A stretch of 63,826 bases of DNA, filler included, from a candidate division TA06 bacterium SM23_40 (GCA_001303705.1; 5 parts of 5 records of this genome joined end to end with filler, not necessarily neighbours in it); one strand, 5' to 3'; numbered from the whole stretch's first letter, positions 30,205-41,374 are shown. Translations and numbers: made by a program. The notes: generated by a model not told the origin, from the letters alone.

Positions 30205-33200
30205 ATGGAACACGCTGGATTTGTCCATCTTCACGTGCATACCGAATACAGTCTGCTGGACGGAGCATGCAGGATCGACGAGCTCGTTGGCCTCGCTCGC
30301 CGGTACCAGATGCCGGCGCTGGCGATTACCGACCACGGCAACATGTTCGGTGCGATCGAGTTCTATCAGGCGGCCGTCCGCGATGGGATCAAGCCCATCA
30401 TCGGGTCCGAGTTCTATGTAGCGCCGGGCAGCCATCGGGAGAAGAAGTCGACTGGGGGGATACCCGAGGCCTCGTTCCACCTCGTGCTCTTGGCGAAGAA
30501 TGAGGAAGGGTACAGGAATCTGATGAAGCTCTCGAGCGCGGGATATCTCGAGGGCTTCTACTATCGCCCACGGATCGATAAGGAGCTCCTCTCGCAGTAT
30601 GGGTCGGGACTCGTGGGGCTGTCTGCATGTCTGAAGGGGGAAGTCGGGTACTACGCCTGCCAGAACAGGATGGACGAGGCGAAGCGGGCAGCGTTCGAGT
30701 ACCGTGAAATCCTGGGCGATGGTAACTTCTACCTCGAACTACAGGATTTCGGACTGGAGGAGAACCGTCTGGCGAACAGAGCGGCGCGGGATATCGGAGA
30801 GCAGCTCGGGATCCCGGTCGTCGCGACGAACGACTGTCACTATCTGCGCCGGGAAGACGCCCGCGCCCATGACGTGTTGCTCTGCCTTCAGACGGGAAAG
30901 ACGCTCGATGATCCAGGGCGGCTCCGGTTTCAGCGGGACGAGCTGTACTTCAAGTCTCCTGAGGAGATGATGGAGCTCTTCGCCGAGGTCCCTGAGGCGG
31001 TAGAGAACACGATCGAGATCGCCGAGAAGTGCAATCTGCAGCTGGGGCTGGGCGGCGGCAGAGTTCTTCTGCCGCACTATCCGCTCCCCGAGGGCTATCG
31101 GTCTGCGGACGAATATCTTGAGTACCTCGCAAACCGCGGCCTGGCCGAACGGTACTCCAAGGTCACAGAGGGTCTGCGGGAGCGCCTCGAATACGAGCTC
31201 GCTACGATTCGCAATATGGGGTACTCCGGGTACTTTCTGATTATCAAGGATCTGATCGATGCGGCGGAGAGGAAGGAGATACCGGTGGGGCCCGGTCGCG
31301 GGTCGGCCGTCGGGAGTCTCGTCCTCTATGCTCTTGGGATCACTGATGTCGATCCACTTCGATACCACCTCATCTTTGAGCGTTTCCTCAATCCCGAGCG
31401 CGTCTCGATGCCGGATATCGATATCGACTTCGGTGACGAACGGCGTGACGAGATCATAGAGTATGTGATCAAGAAGTACGGAGAAGAGAGCGTCACGCAG
31501 ATCATCACGTTCGGATCGATGATGGCGCGGGCGGCGATTCGCGACGTGGGCAGAGTGCTCAACATACCCTATTCAGAGGTCGATCGAATCGCCAAGCTTG
31601 TGCCGTTCGGGCCGGGGATGACGCTGGAGCGGGCCATCGAGCGAGTTCCCGCCCTGCGCGAGCTCATCGACTCCGACCCCCGGTATGGTGAACTGATGAC
31701 CATCGCCAAGAAACTCGAGGGACTGGTGCGCCACGCCTCTACCCATGCGGCCGGTGTGGTAATCGTGCCGGGCAAACTGACCGACCATGTCCCACTGTTC
31801 AAGAGCACGAGCGGAGACGTGGCGACTCAGTATTCGATGTACTCCCTCGAGGCTACCGGTCTGTTGAAGATGGACTTCCTCGGCTTGCGCACCCTGACAG
31901 TCATCGAGAATACGGTATCGGCGTTGAGAGCGCGCGGGGTGCCGATCGATATCGGAAGTGTGCCGCTTGATGACCAGGCGACGTTCGAACTCCTCGGGAG
32001 AGGGGAGACTACCGGTATCTTCCAGCTCGAGTCGAGTGGAATGCGAGACATATTGACGAAGCTGAAGCCGGAGACCTTCGAGGATCTGATTGCCGTTCTC
32101 TCTCTCTATCGCCCCGGGCCGCTGGGGGGAGTGAGCATTGACGATTTCGTCCAGCGGCGGCAGGGCAAGAAGAAGGTCTCCTATCCTCACCCGCTGCTGG
32201 AGCCCACACTGAAGGAGACATATGGCCTTATCATCTACCAGGAACAGGTGATGGAGATTGCCAGCACCTTGGCCGGTTTCAGCCTGGGAGAGGCCGACAT
32301 TCTCCGGCGGGCGATGGGGAAGAAGAAGCAGGAGGTGATGGACGAGCAGCGGAAGTCTTTCGTCCAGGGAGCGAAGAGACGGGGCGTAAAGGCGTCAGCG
32401 GCGAACAAGATATTCGATCTGATGGTGCCCTTCGGCGGCTATGGGTTCGCAAAGTCACATAGCGCCGGGTACGCCGTCGTTTCGTACCGGACCGCATACC
32501 TGAAGACGCACTACACGGCTGAGTACATGGCTGCAACGCTGACGAGTGAGATGGGGAACTCAAAGCGGGTGATGGCGCTCGTCGCGGAATGCCGCCGGCT
32601 CGGTCTTGGCGTCCTGCCCCCTGATGTGAACGAGAGTCATCACTCGTTTCGCGTCACCGATGGGGGGTTGAGGTTCGGCCTGGGGGCAGTGAAGAACGTT
32701 GGCCGGGGCGCAGTTGAACAGATGACCGAAGCGCGTGAGCATGGCGGACCGTTCAAGAACTTGGTCGATTTCTGTTCTCGCGTCGATACGCGCCAGGTGA
32801 ATAAGAGAGTTGTGGAGAGTCTCGTAAAGGCGGGCGCGTTCGACAGCCTGGGGCGGCCCCGCGAGGAGTTGGCAGCGTCGCTCGACTCGGCGTTCGAGTT
32901 GGGGGGGAAGAGACGGCGCGCGAGAAGTAGGGGGCAGGTTTCGCTCTTCGATCACGATGCGGGGACGGTGCCTGTGGTGGGGGCCGGTGAGGATGTCAGG
33001 AAGTGGTCGCTCACGGAACTCCTGGCTATGGAGCGGGACGTACTGGGATTCTATATGTCGGGGCATCCGCTCGATCGCTGTCGGCAGGAACTCGAGGAAC
33101 TGACGACGGTGACGACGTCCGACGTCGAGTTGATGAGCGATGGGAGCTCAGTCATCATCGGAGGCATCATCGGTGATATCAGGAAGATCCGGGATCGTCG

Positions 33201-33377
33201 CAAGAACGAAATGGCGTTCATCACACTTCAGGACTTTGTCGGTGAGATCGAAGTTGTCGTCTTCTCCGATCTTTTCGAGCGCAGCCGCGCCGTGCTGGTT
33301 CCAGAATCGATCGTCCTGATCCATGGGAGGACCTCGACGAAGGAGGAACAAGAGCCCAAGGTCGTGGCACAGAGACT
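30205..33377 (+). CDS. dnaE: DNA polymerase III alpha subunit, 3'-truncated by gap
   Basis: FVHLHVHTEYSLLDG PHP domain, GPGRGSA, MPDIDIDF, KMDFLGL, YGFAKSHS. Confidence 0.98.
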
Positions 33378-33477
33378 NNNNNNNNNNNNNNNNNNNNNNN
33401 NNNNNNNNNNNNNNNNNNNNNTTAATTAATTAANNNNNNNNNNNNNNNNNNNNNNNNNNNNNNNNNNNNNNNNNNNN
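33378..33477. other. Artificial contig linker
   Basis: N44-TTAATTAATTAA-N44. Confidence 0.98.
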
Positions 33478-34937
33478 GGCTCGCGAGCGAGGCGGTGACC
33501 ATGTTGGAGATCGAGGCGGACATTATCGAGGCCGCCGTCGACAGGCTGGCCCAGGGGGAGCTACTCGCCGTAGAGCCCCTGTCCAGGGGAGGAGAAGCGG
33601 TCTATCTCAGGTCACTCCACACTGCTGAAGTGGGCGCGTCGCGTCGGCTGGCCGGGCTACTCTCGTCAGATGTGCTTCCGATACGGATCGACATACAGCG
33701 GGCTATCGAGTGGTTCGAGAGTCGGGAAGAGATCGCCCTTGCCCCTGCACAGCGGGAGGCTGTGGGGAAGGCGATCACGAGCAAGGTCCTCGTCATAACG
33801 GGTGGGCCGGGCACGGGCAAGACCACCCTCATCAATGGCATCATCCAGATACTGGAGAAGAAGGATCGGCGCATCCTCCTCTGCGCTCCGACCGGACGTG
33901 CCGCGAAGAGACTGAACGAGGCGACGGGTCGGGAGGCGAAGACGATCCACCGGCTCCTCGAGTTCAGTCCCAAGGCGATGGAGTTCATGCGCGGTCAGCA
34001 CAATCCGCTCGACGCGGACATAGTTGTCATAGATGAGGTATCGATGGTCGATGCCGTTCTCTTCTATCACGTGCTCAAGGCGCTGCCGCAACATTGTCAG
34101 CTCATTCTCGTCGGCGATGTCGATCAGCTCCCGTCCGTGGGGCCCGGGAGTGTCCTGAGGGAGGTTATCGGCTCCGGGGTCGTGGATGTGGTCAGGCTGA
34201 CAGAGATATTCCGTCAGGCCAGGGAGAGCCTCATCGTCGTCAATGCACATCGCGTCAACCGGGGTGAGATGCCTCTATTGAAGGCCGAGGGGCAGGACGA
34301 TTTCGTCTACATCGAGAGGGAAGAGCCGGACGAGATAGTGGCGCTGATCAAAGATCTCATATCGGAGAGGATACCTGAGCGCATGGGGGTCGATCCTCTT
34401 GATGATATTCAGCTGATCACTCCCATGCATCGCGGGCTCCTCGGCGCGAGGAACCTCAATGCTGAGCTGCAGGCCCTGCTCAATCCGCGCGGTGCATCGA
34501 TTATGCGGGGCAGCCGGATGTTCCGCGTGGGGGATCGCGTGATGCAGATCCGGAATAACTACTATCTTGAGGTGTACAACGGGGATATCGGCCGGATCGT
34601 CGATATCGATGACATAGAGAAGATGGTCTCGGTGCGGTATGAGGATCGGGTGGTGAGCTATGAGTATTCTGATCTGGATGAGCTCGTTCTCGCCTACGCC
34701 TGCTCGATCCACAAGTCGCAGGGGAGCGAGTTCCCGGTCGTCGTCATGCCCCTTCACACACAGCACTACGTGTTGCTCCAGCGCAACCTGCTCTATACAG
34801 GGATCACGCGCGGGCGGCAGACGGTCGTAGTCGTGGGGAGCAAAAGGGCAATCGCCATCGCGGTGAAGAACAGCAAGATCAAGACGCGCTTCACGCGGCT
34901 GGCCGAGCGACTGACTGCCCTCGCTTCACAAAGTTGA
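33478..34937 (+). CDS. recD2: RecD2-like ATP-dependent helicase, 5'-truncated
   Basis: GGPGTGKTT, APTGRAAKR, TIHRLL, DEVSM, GDVDQLPSVGPG, YACSIHKSQGSE, LLYTGITR. Confidence 0.93.
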
Positions 34938-35027
34938 GTTGTGGTTCTCCTTTCCCTGCCTGCCGGTAGGATACTCTCTGATTGCTTTCTCGGGCCGAGG
35001 GCCCTCTGATTGCGCGGTGTGAGCGAC

Positions 35028-35537
35028 TTACCAGCGTTCATATCGTACCAGTTCGGAAAGAGGCTTGCGGGTCTTGGGCCGCCGGCCGTCCGCCGGATAG
35101 CCCAATGGTGTGAAGGCGACGGGCTCGACTCCCCGGGGCAGGCCGAGCACCTCGCGTGCCGCCTGAGGATCGAACGCACCGATCCAGCATGTGCCGAGCC
35201 CTGCGTTGGTCGCTGCAAGGATGAGGTGGTCCATGACGATGGCCACGTCGATGTAACAGCGCATCATGGGTTCGCGGCTCGCGGCGCAATCTTCAGGGAT
35301 CCCGCAGGCGCAGATGACGAACGGAGGTTGCACGAACCATTCTCTGTTGTAGATGCGCCGCAGTTCAGCCTCGCGGCCCGCAGTCGTGATCACGATGAGC
35401 TGAAACGGCTGCTCGTTCCCGGCAGTGGGCGCAAGGCGCGCCGCCTCGAGTACCTCCGCGAGCTTCTCTTCTTCTACAGGATCGGGTTTGTACGCCCGGA
35501 TACTGCACCGTTCCCGGACGAGTTCTGGAAACTCCAT
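35028..35537 (-). CDS. Nitroreductase family protein
   Basis: RCSIRAY, APTAGNEQP, GLGTCWIG, LGYP. Confidence 0.93.
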   Translation of the reverse strand: MEFPELVRERCSIRAYKPDPVEEEKLAEVLEAARLAPTAGNEQPFQLIVITTAGREAELRRIYNREWFVQPPFVICACGIPEDCAASREPMMRCYIDVAIVMDHLILAATNAGLGTCWIGAFDPQAAREVLGLPRGVEPVAFTPLGYPADGRRPKTRKPLSELVRYERW

Positions 35538-35578
35538 GGTCTCTCTCCTTCCCCATCACGTCAGTTCTAGTACCCTCC

Positions 35579-35651
35579 CGGGGACGTTGGTAGGTTCAGA
35601 AGGTTACGGGTGCCTCCCCACCCGGGGACGTTGGTAGGTTCTGTAGGTTAC
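35579..35651 (-). repeat. Two copies of the dispersed ~29-30-bp repeat (reverse orientation)
   Basis: CGGGGACGTTGGTAGGTTCAGAAGGTTACG at 35579-35608 and CGGGGACGTTGGTAGGTTCTGTAGGTTAC at 35623-35651. Confidence 0.9.
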
Positions 35652-35745
35652 TCCCGCCCGGGGGACGGTGCTTGGCGATTGAAGGCTGTTCTGCGCAGTC
35701 CCCTCACCGCGGCATTCTCAGATAGTGAGGGTTGTTTTTCCGAAT

Positions 35746-36120
35746 CTAGCCTCCGAATGCGATGTGTACCGGCGATCCGTCGGTCACCGTGCGAAACAGG
35801 GTGGCATCGCCCAGTACTTTGCCCACGACATTGACCGGGCTATATGCCCGCGGCCGCTCGTCAGTACTCGATGGGGTCGGTCCGAAGAAGATACAGAAGG
35901 CGCGACCGGCCGGCCAGTACGCGAGCTCGCCCACCTCCACGTCTACCCGGGCCTCCGGTTCCTCTTCTGCGGCCACAGGAATCTCGAAGTAGATCTCATC
36001 GCCCCAGGTAGTAGCGCTGCCCTCGATCGGGAGCGCGCCCCGGATGCGTCCCGCTGTAGGGGTATCGTTGAGTTGAGCGGGCAGCGTCACCGCTCCAGCC
36101 GTGATCGTTATTTCGGTCAT
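35746..36120 (-). CDS. Cyclophilin-like fold protein (DUF369/TM1367 type)
   Basis: LNDTPTA..I..ALPI, WGDEIYF, GELAYWP.G.AFCIFFGPTP. Confidence 0.88.
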   Translation of the reverse strand: MTEITITAGAVTLPAQLNDTPTAGRIRGALPIEGSATTWGDEIYFEIPVAAEEEPEARVDVEVGELAYWPAGRAFCIFFGPTPSSTDERPRAYSPVNVVGKVLGDATLFRTVTDGSPVHIAFGG

Positions 36121-36227
36121 TGTAGGCGTCTCTCGCGGGTCGTTTGATGGGGAAGCTATGATAGATTTGGCCTTGCCCCCTGTCAAGCAGAATGTAGGTG
36201 TGTGGATGGGTACGCGCACAAGAGGGG

Positions 36228-36269
36228 CGTAACCTTCTGAACCTACCAACGTCCCCGAGAACGTCCCCG
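36228..36269 (+). repeat. Dispersed repeat copy, exact 30-bp inverse of 35579-35608, plus a partial copy
   Basis: CGTAACCTTCTGAACCTACCAACGTCCCCG at 36228-36257, then AACGTCCCCG. Confidence 0.9.
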
Positions 36270-36361
36270 AGGATTTTGGTGGACTGGGGGGAAGAGGCTG
36301 TGGTATCATCTAATGGGGTTGGTCGGCAGGGTATTGCATCTTCACATGGGGACGTGTGCGT

Positions 36362-36883
36362 ATGGCGGAGATACTGACGCGCGAGGAGTTGTGGGGTTAT
36401 CTGAATGCAGATCCTCCTCTGGTGCAGGGGATGGTCGATCCGGATCTGCAGGTTCAGGTCGACGGAATCGAATTGACCGTGAGGCAGGTCGCGAGATTCG
36501 CTGATGCCGGCCGGATCGGAGTATCGGAGGATGAGCGTGGGATATCGAGGACGGCTGTGCTCGAATTCGATGAGGAGGGATGGATACACCTGCCGCAGGG
36601 ATGTTATAAGGCGCTGTTCAACGAGATCATTGCGGTCCCGAGGGATGTGGTGGCGATCGCGAGGCCGAGATCGACGCTTCTGAGAAATGGGATGACCGTG
36701 CATACCGCCCTCTGGGATTCCGGGTACGTGGGCAGGAGTGAGAGCCTCCTCGTTGTCTATAACCCATATGGTTGCCGCGTAAGGAAGGACGCCCGCCTGA
36801 TCCAGCTCGTCTTCTTCAAGTTGAGCAGACCGGTGAGGGTCGGCTATTCGGGACGGTACTCGGGAGAGAACATCGACGAATAG
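36362..36883 (+). CDS. dut: dUTPase (archaeal-type / dCTP deaminase-like)
   Basis: QVQVDGIELT, RPRSTLLRNG, TALWDSGY.G, QLVF, GYSGRY. Confidence 0.82.
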   Translation: MAEILTREELWGYLNADPPLVQGMVDPDLQVQVDGIELTVRQVARFADAGRIGVSEDERGISRTAVLEFDEEGWIHLPQGCYKALFNEIIAVPRDVVAIARPRSTLLRNGMTVHTALWDSGYVGRSESLLVVYNPYGCRVRKDARLIQLVFFKLSRPVRVGYSGRYSGENIDE

Positions 36884-36947
36884 CTGCCGCACCGTTCCAT
36901 CGGTAAACTACCCTAAGGCATGGGTGTACCGCATACAGGGAATGATT

Positions 36948-37595
36948 ATGATCGAGGTAGAGCTGATTTCGATTACGCCGGACGCCGAGAGAGTGATCGA
37001 ACAGGCAGGTAGAACGGCCTACCTCTCGTTCGACAGGGCGAAGGAAGGAAGCCAGGCCAGGTTCATACGGATGCTGGTAAAGAGTGGGCACCATTCGGTT
37101 CTCGAGCACGCGTACGCATCCTTCCGCATCAGGGGCGGGTCGAGAGCGTTTACGCACCAGCTGGTACGGCATCGACTCTGCTCGTTCACCCAGCAGTCTC
37201 AACGCTATGTGGATGAGCAGAGCTTCTCCTATACCGAACCGGAGTCGATCAGTGCGACCGAGGAAGCACATACCCTCTTCGTCGACCTAATGGATCGCGC
37301 CAAAGATGCCTACTCGAAGCTGCGGCAGCTGGGGATCCGCAACGAAGATGCGAGGTTTGTACTTCCCAATGCGGTCCAGAGCGAGATCGTGGTGACGGCC
37401 AATTTCAGAGAGTGGCGCCACGTCATCGCCCTGCGAGGGCGTGCGGATGCCCAGTGGGAGATACGGAGGACGATCATTGAGATTCTGAAGATCCTGAAGG
37501 AGCGGGCTCCTACTGTGTTCGAGGATTTTGAGATCGATGGAGGGAGGCAGCTCGTTCTTCACGCAGGGGATGCGGGAGAGAGAGGCAAGGACTGA
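36948..37595 (+). CDS. thyX: FAD-dependent thymidylate synthase
   Basis: GHHSVLEH, SRAFTHQLVRHR..SFTQQSQRY, EDARFVLP, NFREW, AQWEIR. Confidence 0.97.
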   Translation: MIEVELISITPDAERVIEQAGRTAYLSFDRAKEGSQARFIRMLVKSGHHSVLEHAYASFRIRGGSRAFTHQLVRHRLCSFTQQSQRYVDEQSFSYTEPESISATEEAHTLFVDLMDRAKDAYSKLRQLGIRNEDARFVLPNAVQSEIVVTANFREWRHVIALRGRADAQWEIRRTIIEILKILKERAPTVFEDFEIDGGRQLVLHAGDAGERGKD

Positions 37596-37636
37596 CGACG
37601 GGGTGTGAGCCCGTCGTCAGAGCTGTCTATAGTACT

Positions 37637-38320
37637 ATGATGGAAGATAGGCGTGCAGTTCCGGATTGCCATACGGGTACCACGCAGGATGAGGGGATTC
37701 GTCTGTTTGATGAATCCCCTGTAGCGTATGACGAGTGGTTCGAGCGTAACTGGTGGGCCTACCAGTCGGAGCTCCGCCTTGTGCGGAGGCTCATCCCCGA
37801 GGCGGGATTGGGCCTGGAGATCGGGGTGGGGACGGGGAGATTCGCCATCCCGCTGGGGATCGGGCTCGGGCTGGATCCTGCATATAATATGGTAGCGATT
37901 GCGCGCCGGCGGGGCCTCCAGGCGGTCGCGGGGAGGGGGGAGGAGCTCCCGTTTCCGGATGGCTGTTTCGACTTCGCGCTCCTCGTCACGGTGATCTGCT
38001 TTGTCGCCGATCCCCGACTGCTCCTCGCCGATGTGAGGAGGGTACTGAAGAGGGGAGGCAGGCTCGTCCTTGGATTCATAGACCGGGAGAGCGAGCTCGG
38101 CGCCTCGTATGAGGCACGCCGTGAGGAATCGAACTTCTGCCGGGCGGCAACGTTCTACTCCGCAGCCGAGGTTAGGGCAATGGTGGAGGGTGCGAGGTTC
38201 GGGGGTGTCGAATTGCACCAGACCCTGTTCGGGAAGCCGTCAGCGATCCGTGGGCTCCAGCCGGCACGGGAGGGGCACGGCGAGGGCGCGTTCGTCGTTC
38301 TTGCGGCCGGCGCAGAGTGA
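37637..38320 (+). CDS. Class I SAM-dependent methyltransferase (type 11)
   Basis: YDEWF, GLEIGVGTGRF, EELPFPDGCFD. Confidence 0.9.
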   Translation: MMEDRRAVPDCHTGTTQDEGIRLFDESPVAYDEWFERNWWAYQSELRLVRRLIPEAGLGLEIGVGTGRFAIPLGIGLGLDPAYNMVAIARRRGLQAVAGRGEELPFPDGCFDFALLVTVICFVADPRLLLADVRRVLKRGGRLVLGFIDRESELGASYEARREESNFCRAATFYSAAEVRAMVEGARFGGVELHQTLFGKPSAIRGLQPAREGHGEGAFVVLAAGAE

Positions 38321-38538
38321 TATCGACCGTTGCTGCGGTCCCCGGCAGGAGGATCGAGCAGTATCTCGCGTGCAGATCGCCTGCATCTGAATGGAGAACT
38401 CGAGTGTCTGGCCCGCACCGGTCGGTCGCGTCCCTGCAGTCTTGTGCTCAGGGGATTCGCGCGCGGGGCTCAGGCACGTATGCACGAGGGAAGACGCAGG
38501 GGGAGAGGTGAGGACTCTCCGAAAGGAGGAAGGTCATA

Positions 38539-40872
38539 ATGCGTAGGTCAAAGGAGAGGATGATGAGGGCGCTCGCTGCGCTTCTGGCCTCGGCGATCGT
38601 GCTCTCCAGCGGGCCTGTGGGGATCCATGCGGCCGCGCCCCGGTGGATCTCGTTCAGCGGAGCGGGTGACGCTCAGGCTCCCAGGGTCGAGGCTCTGGGG
38701 ACATCCCTGGAGAAGACAGTGGTTGCCGTTCAGGTGCCAGGGGTCTGGGTCGAAGACGTCATCGCCGGCGAGGGCACGCGGTTCCAGCGGCTGAGGCTCC
38801 CCGGATGTGGGACTGTTCTGGAGGTGGGGAGCCCTGAACTCCCCGCGGTTCGGGTCACGATTGCCGTCCCGTTCGGCGCTCAGCCGACCGCCAAGATAAT
38901 TGAGGCCTCTGTACAGCGGTACCCGGGCTTCCGGGTCTATCCCTGTCAGGAGCCGACGATCGATCAGGAGCCGACGGTCGGTCCCGATGCATCTCGCTCT
39001 CTCGCCATCAATCGGGAGGTCTATCGGCGAGATGCGCTCTATCCCGCACAGTGGACCTGGTTGGGCATGTCGGGCATCTGGCGCGATCTCAACGTCGTTG
39101 TCGTGGAGATTGCTCCATTCCGATTCAATCCTGTGAGCGGCAATCTCGAAGTAGCGACGTCGATGATTGTCGAGATCGGGCACAATGCGCAACCCGGAAC
39201 AGGGTTCGTGCGGGACGGACAGGCGAGCGTATCGCCGGCATTCGAGCGCCTCTATCGCGGCGAGCTTCTGAACTTTGATGCGCTCAGCCTCGAGAGAGGC
39301 AGTCTCGACGACCCGGGCACTCAGTATCTGTTCATTACGCCTCCCTGTTTCGAGACTATTATCGAGCCGCTGGTCGACTGGCACCAGCGGCGTGGATTGA
39401 GGACAGAGCTGCTCTCGATCTCCACGACCAGTCCGCAGGTGGTCAAGGATGAGATCGTCGAGCGCTACAATAACGGCGAGCTCGACTACGTGCTCCTCGT
39501 GGGGGACGTCAACCACATACCGGCATACTACTGGAGCGGGCACCTGAGTGACTACTGGTATGCATGTGTTACCGGCGCCCCGGATCTGTACGCCGATCTG
39601 GCAGTGGGCAGGCTCTCGGCGACATTGGGGAGTCAACTTGCGGTGCAGGTGGAGAAGATACTTGCCTATGCGACATCGCCGCCGGCAGACGATTGGCTGA
39701 CGAGTGTGCTCATGGTGGCTCACGAGGCGGGAGTGGAGACGAAAGAGTACATCCGTACTGTCACACTTGCCGGCAGCGGGCTGACGATCGATACAGCCTA
39801 CGGCAATGAGCCCACCGGTACTAATGCCGCAGTGACCGCTGCATTGAACGAGGGCCGCAACATCGTCAACTACAGGGGTCCCGGCTCGACCACTGCATGG
39901 GCGGGCTGGAGCTATCTCGGTGAGAGCTGGACTAACGGCAACGTCTATGCGCTGACGAACGGGGACAGGACTCCCATCGTCTTCAATATCGCCGCCTACA
40001 CCCACTCGATCCCGGATACTTGCCTGGGAGAAGCCTGGCTCAACCACACCTGCGGAGCCGTCGCGTCGCTCGGCGCCTCTGATCCGCCCTATACGGCGCC
40101 GAACTTCGACTTCGACATTGGGCTGTTCGATGCAATCTACAACGAGGCCATCTGGAACATCGGGTATGTGCTGAATTATGCCGATGCGGAGATCATCCCC
40201 CAGGGCTTCTGGGCTCAGGAGAATGTGAAGATGTACTTCTGGCTCGGCGATCCTGCCACCGAGGTGTGGACGGCGGTGCCGATCGCGCTGGACGGTTCGC
40301 ACCCCGGGACGGTTCCGCTGGGGCCCAGCAGCTTCACGGTGTCGGTGACATCGGGTGGGACCCCTGTCGAAGGAGCACTGGTCTGTCTGTGGAAGGGCAC
40401 AGAGGTCCATCTGACCGACAGCACGGATATCAATGGTCAGGCGACGTTCTCGATCAACGTGGGAACTCCAGGTGTCGTATATGTCACTGCAACGAAACAC
40501 GACTATCTGCCCTATGAGGGTGAGGCGGTCGCCGGTGACCCGCCCGTGACGATCACCCTCGTCCCCGATCAGACCGTTGTTGCGCGGGGCGACACGCTGA
40601 GGTTGATCGCGTACGTCGAGAACACGACCAACACCGCCCAGACATTCGATGCCTGGACGATTGTTGAGCTGCCCAACGGCAATCCCTTCGGGCCTGTTGC
40701 GGGCCCCCGGCAGGTGACGCTTGCGCCGTATGCGTCAGCCCAGAAGATCCTGGAACACGAGGTGCCGGAGAACGCTCCGCTCGGGCAATATACCTACTCC
40801 GGGAACCTCGGTGCCTATCCGGATGTTGTGTGGGACGAAGATGCATTCGACTTCGACGTCATCGCCGACTGA
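38539..40872 (+). CDS. Secreted gingipain (C25) homologue with propeptide, apparently non-catalytic, plus the shared C-terminal domain
   Basis: Signal peptide, GSPELP propeptide, YVLLVGD, SDYWY, DLAVGRL, YFWLGDP; NYRGPGS and FNIAAYT at the catalytic His/Cys positions. Confidence 0.88.
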   Translation: MRRSKERMMRALAALLASAIVLSSGPVGIHAAAPRWISFSGAGDAQAPRVEALGTSLEKTVVAVQVPGVWVEDVIAGEGTRFQRLRLPGCGTVLEVGSPELPAVRVTIAVPFGAQPTAKIIEASVQRYPGFRVYPCQEPTIDQEPTVGPDASRSLAINREVYRRDALYPAQWTWLGMSGIWRDLNVVVVEIAPFRFNPVSGNLEVATSMIVEIGHNAQPGTGFVRDGQASVSPAFERLYRGELLNFDALSLERGSLDDPGTQYLFITPPCFETIIEPLVDWHQRRGLRTELLSISTTSPQVVKDEIVERYNNGELDYVLLVGDVNHIPAYYWSGHLSDYWYACVTGAPDLYADLAVGRLSATLGSQLAVQVEKILAYATSPPADDWLTSVLMVAHEAGVETKEYIRTVTLAGSGLTIDTAYGNEPTGTNAAVTAALNEGRNIVNYRGPGSTTAWAGWSYLGESWTNGNVYALTNGDRTPIVFNIAAYTHSIPDTCLGEAWLNHTCGAVASLGASDPPYTAPNFDFDIGLFDAIYNEAIWNIGYVLNYADAEIIPQGFWAQENVKMYFWLGDPATEVWTAVPIALDGSHPGTVPLGPSSFTVSVTSGGTPVEGALVCLWKGTEVHLTDSTDINGQATFSINVGTPGVVYVTATKHDYLPYEGEAVAGDPPVTITLVPDQTVVARGDTLRLIAYVENTTNTAQTFDAWTIVELPNGNPFGPVAGPRQVTLAPYASAQKILEHEVPENAPLGQYTYSGNLGAYPDVVWDEDAFDFDVIAD

Positions 40873-41015
40873 TTCGGGCTCTCTGCTCCTGCCGGGGGCC
40901 GCTCCGGCGGCAGGCAGGGAAGAGCGCTGACCGACGGAGAGAAGACGTGCGCGAGGGCAGCAAGCATTTATCATTCCGGTGCTTACGCTGTGGCCGGGGA
41001 GGCGGCCGAAAAAGC

Positions 41016-41045
41016 TTGACAATCCGGTCTGATTTCGAATATAAT
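41016..41045 (+). promoter_or_regulatory. Consensus sigma-70 promoter
   Basis: TTGACA-18 nt-TATAAT. Confidence 0.75.
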
Positions 41046-41187
41046 GGAATCAGCATTCGAGGGGCCCACGAGTAGGGGGTTCGTGAGGAATGAGGGGTCC
41101 CTTTGTGTTTGTTACCGTTGGGTGGGCGGTTACGGGATTGATGTGGGTCTATGCCGCCTCTCCGCCAACCTCGAAAGGAGGAAGGGT

Positions 41188-41374
41188 ATGGTAGTCTCAG
41201 GAAGGAGCAGGGGGATGTTGGGACTCGGCGGGCTTCTGGCCCTGGCCGTGCTGCTCTGTGGCTTGCCGTTGCAGGCTCAGGCCCGGTGGATCTCGTTTGG
41301 CGGCCTCGATGACGCTCAGGCCCCCGACGTTCAGGTCCTGACCAGCAATGTGGAGAAGACCGTGATAGCCGTTG
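41188..41374 (+). CDS. N-terminus of a second C25-type secreted protein, truncated by gap
   Basis: AAAGGAGG RBS and signal peptide; RWISFGG.DDAQAP.V...EKTVIAV matches the start of the mature 38539 protein. Confidence 0.8.
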
